Positions 55,574 through 64,000 of a stretch of DNA of 64,000 nucleotides are shown one piece after another. The first letter of the stretch is position 1. Every line of letters begins with the position of its first letter. The position numbers and the translations under genes were made by a program. A model generated the notes under the pieces. The model ran no database searches. It was not told the origin of the DNA and saw only the letters and a program-made list of their open reading frames with translations. Source of the stretch: Prasinococcaceae sp. CCMP 1430 (taxonomy: Eukaryota; Plantae; Prasinodermophyta); contig RQSC01000012.1 of NCBI GenBank assembly GCA_013416795.1, forward strand, positions 213,885 through 277,884, given 5' to 3'.

Positions 55574-55819
55574 CGCGACGCGCGAACTATTGAAACTCGC
55601 AGGCGAACGAATTGTATCATACAGGCGCGGCGCCCGGCTCTGCGCGCGCGCGCGACGGCGACTACTAAGAGAGGAATGGCGCTCTCACTCAGTACCCCTC
55701 GGTTGCTCCGTGCGCCAGGTCTTACACGTCGCAATGTTCGCATGTCCTACCAGCGACACGTTGGACGGGGCAGCACTCGCTTCCGCTCACGCCTGGAGCT
55801 CGGGGTCCGCTTGCCCGCC

Positions 55820-56578
55820 TCACTGGGCGGTCGGCGCCGCGTCGGACACTCCCGTGGAGCCATAGCCACCGGCACCGCGTTCCGTCTCGTCGAGTCCACC
55901 CTCAGCGACCTCGACGACCTCGGGCGTCGCGATGCGCTCGAGGATGAGCTGCGCCACGCGGTCGCCCGCGGCCACCTCGAAGTCCTCGGTGCCGTGGTTG
56001 AAGAGCACGACGCCGACCTCGCCGCGATAGTCGTAGTCGACGACGCCTGCGCCGGTGTTGATGCCCTTCTTCACGGCAAGGCCTGAGCGGGGAGCGATGC
56101 GCGCGTAGGTGCCCTCCGGGATGGCGATCGCCAGTCCCTGCAGCGGCGTGGCAACCAAGGCAGTTAGGACGCAGCACATGACGATGGGAGCAAGAGCGGG
56201 AGCGCGAGGTGGCGTGAGAGCTGCTCGCAGGCGAGCTCGCTCGCGCAGCTGCGCCTTCTCCGACCCGCAATTGGCCCCGATCGCGCCGGCGCGGGGCTGT
56301 CGCGCTCCCAGGGGCGGCCCCGGTTCCCGCGTGCGACTGGCAGCGCACGCCAGTGCGCGATCGAGGCCTGCAGCATCCCGACACGCAGGCGGCAAACGCA
56401 CCGTCTTGACGATGCCGCGCCCGCCCGCGGCAATCGTGGTGGGCTCAGCAGCGGCGAGGTCGTAGCCCGCGGCGCCCTTGGACCCCCGCACCGGCAGCTT
56501 GGCCTCGGGCCGCAGCCTGTGCACGCGCATTGCCTGCTCGACGCGGGCCTTCTTCGCGGTGGCGCCGTCGACGGCCAT
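55820..56578 (-). CDS. DUT: dUTPase; in-frame intron 56138-56401
   Basis: All five motifs present: [44 protein letters not shown]. Confidence 0.96.
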   Translation of the reverse strand: MAVDGATAKKARVEQAMRVHRLRPEAKLPVRGSKGAAGYDLAAAEPTTIAAGGRGIVKTVRLPPACRDAAGLDRALACAASRTREPGPPLGARQPRAGAIGANCGSEKAQLRERARLRAALTPPRAPALAPIVMCCVLTALVATPLQGLAIAIPEGTYARIAPRSGLAVKKGINTGAGVVDYDYRGEVGVVLFNHGTEDFEVAAGDRVAQLILERIATPEVVEVAEGGLDETERGAGGYGSTGVSDAAPTAQ

Positions 56579-57296
56579 CGCCCGGCGGCGCGCCGCCCAG
56601 CAGGTGCGCGCGAGCGCGCGCGCGGGCCGAAAAAGCGCGACTGCCGTGGCGTGCGTCCGCGTCGCCTCCAACCACCCTCCGGCGCGCCAGCCGTGCACCT
56701 CTCGCGGGGGGATCGGCTGGCGAGTGCGCGCGCTGTGGCGCGCCGCGCGCGCCGCGCGCCCCCGGGCGCATCCATTCTCCGCCGCGCACCCATTTTCGTC
56801 CCCGACGACCGCCGTTTCCCCTCGTCGTTTCGAATTGATATTTCGCGGGACGCTTCCCCCCGCGAATTCGAAGCGCCGCCGGGCCGAGTTTCAGTTTTGC
56901 ACGCCCGGAAACGCCCCGTTGCCGCCGAAACGCGCACCGCACCGGCCCGGCCCGGCAATCAAAACGCACGCGGGACGAAAATCTTGTGAACCCTACAAAT
57001 AAACCTCAAAGGTATGATACGTACCATGATGGTACTGTCCATCATGATGGTTGAACATCTTCGTGATCGTAGATCAACGTGCATGTGAACAGGTTAGGGT
57101 TATGCGCTCCCGGGCCGGGCTTCGAAAATCTTTTCGCGGGTGGTCGCGCGGCGCGGCGCCGGCGCTGCTGCTGCAGGCGCTCAGAGGCTGCCGCCGCCGC
57201 GTCTGCGCCGTCACCGAGCCGCAGTGCGCGACCGAACGCAGTGGCCACCGCATCAGAGGCGGCAGAGGGAAGCTGCCCGCGCGTGTGCTTCGCGGG

Positions 57297-58537
57297 ATGG
57301 CCTTGCGCTCGTGTGCACGTGCGCGGGGGCGCGCAGGTGGCCGACGCTGCGTGCGCGCCCCCATGTGGTGCGAAGTGTGGCTGCAGCAGCCACGCGCGGG
57401 AATGGAGGTGACAAAAACGGCAATAATGGCAACAGCAGCAGCAGCGGCGTAGCCGGGGGCGGCGGCGGCGCAGACGCGGCGGCGCTGGCGGCACTGCGGA
57501 AGGCGGCAGACGAGGCCGCCTCCGGCGGCTCGCGCAAGCCTCTCGAGCGCACGCGCTTTCGCCGGCCAAAATCGCAGTCGCCGGCGCAGCGAGCAGCCGC
57601 TGCGGCATCGGGCGGCGATGGGACGTCGGCGACCGCGTCTCTGCCCAAGCGATCGTCACCGGTGTCTGCGAGCGCTGCAGGCGACGTGCACGTGCTGGTG
57701 GACGGCTACAATGTCATCAATGCCTGGCCTCGCCTGAAGCGTCTGCTGCGACGTGGCGAGCTCCGCCAGGCTCGCGAGGAGCTATGTGTCGACCTGTCAG
57801 CCTACGCCGTCTTCTATGGCGTCCGTGTGACGGCCGTCTTTGACGCGGCGGGCGGCGGAGACGAAACGCGCGTGAACGCGCGCGAGCAGGGTGGGGTGAC
57901 GTACTCGGGCGTCGACGTGGTGTACCCCTCGACGCTGCGCTCAGACAGTGCTGACTCGTGGATAGAGCGCCGTGCAGAGGAGCTCTTCGAGGGCGGTAAG
58001 CGTGGCAAATCGGCTAAGGGAGGCGACGGGGACGGCGACAGCAGCACGCGCGTGGTGGTGGTCACAAACGATAGCGCGGTGCGGGATGCTGTGCGTGGCG
58101 CGGGAGGCACCGCCTGGTCTACCTCGCAGCTCAAGGCCGACATCAAGGCCGCGTCCGAGATCCTCGAGGAGCAAGCTCGTGAGATGCCCGGGGTCATCTC
58201 GCAGCGCTACGATCCGAACGCACCCGGCGCGCTCGCGCGCTCGCCCGCTCGCCAGACCGCGACGCTGCAGTATGGCCTTGACCTCAAGGAGCTCTTCGCG
58301 CTGGAAGACGAGTCGGCCAAGGCGCGCGCACGGGAGGCAGCCAAGCTCAAGGCTTCGAAGGAGCGTCGCGTGAAAAAGCTCTTCGAGAAAAAGCCCGACG
58401 ATGCGTCGGCTATGGCCGACGGCGGTGGAGGTGTGGGCGAAGACGGGGACACCTCGTCGTCCTCAAGCGACGGTGAGGCCGCCGACGGCGGCGGACCGCC
58501 GCGGCGCAAGCGGAAGAAGTTTCGCTTCAAGTCATGA
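57297..58537 (+). CDS. YacP/Rae1-like NYN-domain endoribonuclease, probably organelle-targeted; apparent frameshift at G5 (57325-57329)
   Basis: VLVDGYNVINAW, VTAVFDA, DSADSWIER, VVVVTND. Confidence 0.82.
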
Positions 58538-59063
58538 GGGCCCCGTCCGCTGCTCCTTGGGCCGCACGGATCGTCAGCCACGCACTTACTGGCGCCGGTG
58601 TCCTCCCCCATGCCGCGCGCGGCTTCTACGCTGCGCCCACGGCCCGCGGCCGGAAGCCCCATCGCAACCGCCGCTCGCTATCGATACCACGCGCGCGCGC
58701 GCGCGCGCGCGCATCGGGATGTGGGGCGGAGTGCCCTTTCCTTTTTTTGGAGGCTGGTCTCCCGCGGATTTGTTGCGCATATTTCCGTAATTTGTGTGCT
58801 AATGTAATATTCCTCTTGTTTCCTGATTGAATCCCGGAGTACGGTGGATTCGACCCTGCGTTTTTGGCGGTTGGCTCGGTTGCACGCCGCGGCCGCCGTC
58901 GCGCCCGAAAGAGTACGTGCGCGCGCGAGCAGTGCGCCGACGCGTGCCGCGCTTGCACAGGGCGCACGCTGCGCGGGGCGCGCCCGGCGCGAGGGGCGCG
59001 CGCGGCGCGGCGCGGCGCAGGGCGGGCGCGGGCGGTGCGAGTGAGGGCGCGGGCGCGGCGAGT

Positions 59064-60966
59064 ATGGCAAAGAAGCGCGAGAGGGACGGCGCGGGCAAAG
59101 AGGTGGGCGGTGAGAGGGAGAAGAAGGCCAAGTCGGCAGCGGTAGGGCGCCACATCGGCGCGGTCGACGCGCCAATCGCTGACGTCCCGTTCACGACTGG
59201 CGATGCGCAGCTGGCGCTGGCTGGCAACGCGGCCCCAGCCGGAGCGCACTCTCCCAGGCACGCGCGCGCAACTTCGCGCTTTCGTGGCGTGACACATCAC
59301 GTGCGCACGGGGCGCTTCGAGGCCTACTGCTGGGCCCAAGGGAGTCAGGTTTACCTGGGTGGCTTCGCCGAAGAGGAGCAAGCGGTGAGTGCGTGTGCGA
59401 TGCAAGTCCGCGCGTGATGCCCTTGATGATGAAGCTAGTGCTTCGATGTGCTCGCTTTCTGACGCACCATGCCATGCCCAGGCCCTCGCCGTCGACATCG
59501 CGATGGTCAAGTTCCGCGGACTGGCGGAGGCAGCAACCCGCACAAATTTCGACGTCTCAGGCTTTGCTGATGAACTCGGCTCGCTAGACGGGGTATCCAA
59601 CGATGAGCTTGTACTTTTCCTGCGCAGGCAGTCGAAGTGCTTCGCCGCATCCCCTGCCGCGGCAGCCGCGGAAGCGGCGAGAGCAGCGTCCGCAGACGCC
59701 GATGCTTCCGGCGATGCACGCGCTGCCGCCGTGGATGCATCCGCAGGCTCCGAGACACTGGCCGGAGGCAGCAACAGCAAAGGCCTGTACGCGTATCGTG
59801 GCGTGCACCGCCTCAGCAGTGGCAAGTTTGAGGTGAGCACTTCTTGTCGCTCCTATTGCGCTTAGACCAGCCGCTTTCCCGCAGCCTTGGCGCCGCCGGT
59901 CGACCCGTTGCTGACATGTGAATCACCCCACCAACGCACATGCTACACATTGCTCAGGCGCGAGTAAGCGTCAAGGACATCACGCGCCCGATGCGCCTCA
60001 GCCGAAGGACTGTGAAGAAAAAGGGCAAGGCGAAGGCCGGAGGGAGCTCTACGGAGCGCTCGACCCCAGCCTACACCTTGCCAGTCTCGAAGGGTAGCCA
60101 TGTCAAGCTCGGCACCTTTGACACGGCCGAGCTGGCTGCCAGCGCATATGACAGGTGCGCGGGGTGGAGCTGTTCGTACGCGCGCGCGCAGCGGGGGCAC
60201 CATGGCACAGTCGCTGACAGAGCGCTCATCGCATCTCTCCCCCGATTCGCATCGAAGGGAACTCGTTCAGCAGCGCGGGCACCACGCGTGCACCAACTTC
60301 GGCCTCACCAACTACGAGGCTGAGATGCGCGAGCACAATCAGGCGCAACGTGAAGAGGCGGCGGCGGCCACCGCCGCGGCGAGCCTCGAGCTGATCGCCG
60401 CCGGTGGGGCACCTGACCCCAGGGCCGACCATCTCACACCCGAGGTCGGCAAGGGTCCTGGAGCGATGCACGCGGTCGAGACGGCGAAGACTACTACACT
60501 CGCGGCATTCGCATCGCCGGCCCCGTCGCCGAGCACGCCCGCCCTTTCGATAGCGCCCACACTCGCCCGCCCCAGTGCCGGCCCACAAGCGCCGCCTCTC
60601 ACGTGGGCGAGCATAGGGACGACGGACGTGCACGCACAAGCACAGCAACCACAAGTGGCACAGCTGCACGCCAAACCTGTCGCCTTCGGCGCGCACCCCA
60701 GCCATAGGGCACCGACCCAACCCCACGCCCTCGCCCACGTGCTAGCGCCTCAAGTGCGCGTCCGGGTGGACGTGTCACCCTCACAGCACCAGCCAGTACA
60801 TGGCGGCACAAAGTCGGCGGCCAGTGCGAGCGCGGCAGCTGGGGGCGTGGGCCTTCCCACCGCTTCGGGCTTCGGCGACGAGGTCGATTTCGGCCTCCTG
60901 AGCGCGCTCCTGGACGACAACAGCACGCACAATAGCCCGCCGGCGGGCGCGCACACCGGCCGGTGA
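59064..60966 (+). CDS. AP2-subfamily transcription factor with two AP2 domains; introns 59385-59481, 59833-59957, 60155-60257
   Basis: TSRFRGVTHHVRTGRFEAYCW..QVYLGGF..A|ALAVDIAMVKFRG..TNF; second YRGVHR..GKFE|AR..LGTFDTAELAASAYDR|..RG..TNF. Confidence 0.9.
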
Positions 60967-61181
60967 AAGATGTGGATTTCAAGCGGGACAATGCCAAAAT
61001 GCACTGCTGCGAGCCCGGCACACCTCGAGGCGCTGGTCGCCGGCTTCGGGGTGCATAGCTGACGCCGCACGGCGCGCGTCCAGTAATGCAATACAAGCAG
61101 CACACTGATTCAGCGCGTGTCACGCACGGTGGGGGGCAGATGCAAGTGCTCGCGATGTGCAATGCGCCCCGCCTTGAATCC

Positions 61182-61708
61182 TTACTCGACTCGGATGATG
61201 ATGTGGCTGCCCGAATCAGAGTCCACGATGTCGCTGAGCTGGCCCACGTTGAGCGCAAAGCTCGCGCTCTCGAAGGCCGGTTGCATCTTCCCGCGCGCAA
61301 AGGAGCCTAGGTCACCGCCCCGCTGCGCGCTTGAGCAATCGCTGTACTTGGAGGCGAGCGCCTCGAAGGCGCGCAGGGTGTCCTCGCTCGCGCCGCCGCC
61401 CTCGGTCAGGATCTGCTCGCGAAACGCAGTCAGGAGCTTGTGCGCCTCGTCCTGTGCGCAGCAGCAGGCAAAGGGGCCGATGTCGACGGCAGCAGAGACC
61501 AGGTGAGTCGTCGCGGGCCGTCAGCGCGGGGCGCGCACATCTGACGGGGTGCGATCGTCGGATCGCACGCGTCAGGCCAGGCCCGCAGCGGCGCGCGCAC
61601 CTGCGTGCGCTTCTTGATCTCGGCACCTTGCGGATCGCGCCAGCTCGCGGGCCTGCGCGAGCCCTGGTGCTTGACCAGCAAGTGGGAGCAACGCACAGAG
61701 TCGGGCAT
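61182..61708 (-). CDS. PIN1: Parvulin peptidyl-prolyl isomerase Pin1 (WW-less plant type); intron 61452-61600
   Basis: VRCSHLLVKHQGSRRPASW; exon 2 (translated by hand) ASKYSDCSSAQRGGDLGSFARGKMQPAFE..DSDSGSHII. Confidence 0.92.
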
Positions 61709-62225
61709 GACCCTCTGCGGAAGCACGTGTGCGCGTCAGCGCGCGGTGGGCTGCGCATGCCTCGCCCGCCCTCCAGCATACCCACCAAGCGTACACGGTC
61801 CACTCGCTCGCTCGCTCGCGCGCTCGCTCGCTCGCGCGCTCTGCCGTCCGGCCGCCCTCGCACCCACCCGACGCCACCCGACCCGATTGCCGTCGCGCAC
61901 GCACCTCGCGGCCCTCGCCCGCCCAGCCCGACCCTCGTGCTGAGTGGCGCGCCGCGTGCGAGCACCGCGTACCGCGCTCAGCGCGTGCCGCCCTCCGTGA
62001 CACGCCCCGCGCGCGCGCTCCCCTGCGCGCTGTTCGAACGGCGCTTTGCGTCTGGATCGGCAGCTGCGCGAATTGTGAACGAGTGCACAAATCCTGGGCT
62101 GAAGAGGGAACCTGACTCTACGGTAAACCTCAACATGGGTTTGGGTTCAACATAATGTACCGCATGGGAAACGCCGACCACGCGTGTGCATCGGGTTGCT
62201 GCTTGAGGGCGGGCGAGCGCTTCGC

Positions 62226-64000
62226 TCAGCGGCCGAGGCCGAGCGCCCTGCAGGCGGGCACCTCCCACACCCGCGCGAGGGTGTGTGCCTCGCCATTCTC
62301 GCCAAATGCGTCGAGGCCCGCTCGCACGAGGGTCTGCCGCACGCGCGCGCAGTAGAGGTCACCGACGGCGACCCCGGCGTCAGCCATTTTCTTGTCAGCC
62401 ACGGCGGAGTAGGTGCACGGCACGCCGCTGGCCTCAAGGTCGCTGGCGAGCTCGTCGTAGTTGGCACCGGCCTCATCGCTCCACACCGGAAAGATGAGCG
62501 GCACGCCGAGGCGGCCGAACGCCTCCTCGCGCCACTGTTTGATGTGCACGAGGTGCAGGTCGCCGCAGGCGATGTCCCGGACGCCGCCGGGCAGTCGCCG
62601 CCGCGCCAGCGACAGCGCACTCGCGAGGGTGCTGGTGTAGTTTCCTCCACGATGGAGCGGAACGCCAAGGAGTGGCAAGCCCAGGTGTGCCGCCTGGCGC
62701 TCAACGTCGGCGATGGGAACCTCCTGGTGGGCGATGCGCCTGCTTGCGGCGTCAAACGTGGTGAGCAACGCCAGCTGGTGCAGCGGTCGGCCCGAGCGCA
62801 CCAGAGCGCGAAGCGCCAGGAACGAGTCCTTGCCCCCTGACCACATGAGCAGCGTCGTGCCCCCCCCCTCGCAGCGGCCGCCGGCTCCATCGCCCTCCGA
62901 GTCGCGGACGGGCGTGAGGAAGGCCGGCTGCTGGATTCGCCCTGCCTTGTCCTTGACGTTGGCGTGATCGTAGGGGCAATGGCGACACCCCGAGCCGCAG
63001 CACCTGCCGCGTGCCTCGTGCTTCAGTCGCGTCATCACGCTGTATCCAGTCTCGGGGTCGACGTAGGTGAGCTCCCCCGCCGCACACGCGCGCTCGTGGA
63101 GCGCGTGCCAGTCCTCAATGTCACCCACAGGCCCCGCATCGCAAGCGGAGCGCGGTGGCGGCACGTCAGCTCCAAGCCGCACCCACGCCTCGCCCTCGCG
63201 TGGCAGGAATGCGCGTGTCGCGGCTTGGATCGCCTCGACCGCCGCATCGTCGCCGTCCCACACGCATCGCGCCGCGAGGGCCACCCCGGCTGCGAGACTC
63301 GGCCCCGGCCGCGCGAAGTAGCGGTTCCCATCGACGGCGTACACCCGGCCGTCGCGCCACGCGCGCAGGCGGGACAGCGTGCCCCGCCCCGCCGCCGCGA
63401 GGGCGTCGGCGGTGTTGCGCTCGGTCCCGAAGCCACAGCACGCGACAAGCACGCAGTCGGGGTCGGCCTCCTCCACCTCATCCCAGCCCCGCGCGCTGCT
63501 CTTCGCGCCCGGTCGCGGCTGAAGCGCCGGTTGGGTGCCGCTGGCGAGCTCGAGCATCTCCGGCGTCCAGTGCCCCCCGTCGAAGGGAGGGTCGAGCCAC
63601 TCGAGCAGCAGGACCGAGGGTGTCGACCCCCTGAGAGCGCCCGCCCGATCGACCGCGTCGGCGACGGCGGCGACGCGCTCGTCGAATTCGCGCCGCAGCA
63701 CCGCGCCGCGATCGGGCACGCCGAGCGCCTCAGCAATTTCCTCGAAGCTCCGCGCGACCTCGGCGAGCGTGGAGGGCGACGTGGAGACGACACGCGCGCC
63801 CGGCACGCTCGAGCACGCCGCGGTGGCTGCGGCACCGCCGGGTGCGCACACGGCGCACAGGTCTTGCGTGAGTACCACGGTGGGTTCGGTCCGCGCGAGC
63901 GCCTGAGCATCGAGCGGGTAGAGGCGCTCCCCGGCCCCCTCCGCTGCGGCGCGCGCCACGGCGTCGTTGATGTGAGCCTGCGAGGCGCTCGTGTCGAGCC
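62226..64000 (-). CDS. Fusion of a BtuF/TroA-like (cobalamin/iron) substrate-binding domain, a DUF5522-like Cys motif and a Dph6/ATP_bind_4-like PP-loop ATPase; 5' end lies outside the window
   Basis: LYPLD..LTQDLCAVCA, LLLEWLDPPFDGGHWTPEM, ACCGF, VYAVDGNRYFARPGP; YVDPETGY..RGRCCGSGCRHCPY; MWSGGKDS, CGDLHL..WRE, DAFGENGEAHT. Confidence 0.85.
   Translation of the reverse strand, partial: LDTSASQAHINDAVARAAAEGAGERLYPLDAQALARTEPTVVLTQDLCAVCAPGGAAATAACSSVPGARVVSTSPSTLAEVARSFEEIAEALGVPDRGAVLRREFDERVAAVADAVDRAGALRGSTPSVLLLEWLDPPFDGGHWTPEMLELASGTQPALQPRPGAKSSARGWDEVEEADPDCVLVACCGFGTERNTADALAAAGRGTLSRLRAWRDGRVYAVDGNRYFARPGPSLAAGVALAARCVWDGDDAAVEAIQAATRAFLPREGEAWVRLGADVPPPRSACDAGPVGDIEDWHALHERACAAGELTYVDPETGYSVMTRLKHEARGRCCGSGCRHCPYDHANVKDKAGRIQQPAFLTPVRDSEGDGAGGRCEGGGTTLLMWSGGKDSFLALRALVRSGRPLHQLALLTTFDAASRRIAHQEVPIADVERQAAHLGLPLLGVPLHRGGNYTSTLASALSLARRRLPGGVRDIACGDLHLVHIKQWREEAFGRLGVPLIFPVWSDEAGANYDELASDLEASGVPCTYSAVADKKMADAGVAVGDLYCARVRQTLVRAGLDAFGENGEAHTLARVWEVPACRALGLGR

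Noticed and set aside
7451-61600. Introns as a repeated introner family
   Set aside because: The introns share only donor, branch and acceptor consensus; I saw no extended similarity between them by eye.
62226-62900. Calling the C-terminal domain the canonical DPH6
   Set aside because: It has WSGGKDS and GDLHL plus the unusual N-terminal fusions, which look more like the bacterial-type Dph6-related subfamily; orthology cannot be shown without a tree.
1-64000. Hundreds of overlapping Arg/Ala/Pro-rich ORFs, including long antisense ones such as 28845-30581, 35061-36521 and 44498-46114
   Set aside because: These are shadow ORFs expected at very high GC opposite real genes; they carry no recognisable motifs.

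Overview
GC-rich, gene-dense eukaryotic nuclear DNA, most likely a prasinophyte-grade green alga. The taxon is an inference from the plastid-targeted CtpA and IF-1, the AP2 factor, the plant-type ACBP/Pin1/MAT1, and short GT-AG introns, several with CTGAC branch points. About 27 protein-coding genes can be supported: class-3 lipase, VAC14, a coiled-coil protein, LMF2, a CoA-binding protein, NUP35, an EH/UBA/AIDA-C2 adaptor, kelch-ACBP, CK2-alpha, CtpA, p47/PUX, codanin-1, an OB-CCCH-methyltransferase, DnaJ-B-box-CS, a PHO4/PiT transporter, WD40, a divergent DDB1-like protein, IFT88, MAT1, nuclear infA, PLAT-EF-SAM, Janus/PHPT1, dUTPase, YacP-NYN, double-AP2, Pin1, and a BtuF-like/DUF5522/Dph6-like ATPase fusion that runs off the right edge. 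That triple fusion is the most striking item and is a candidate corrinoid (B12) binding/salvage system. I found no rRNA, tRNA, CRISPR array or transposase. Three single Ns, long poly-G tracts and several apparent 1-base 5' frameshifts point to assembly imperfections. All family calls come from motif recognition by eye; no database search was run.
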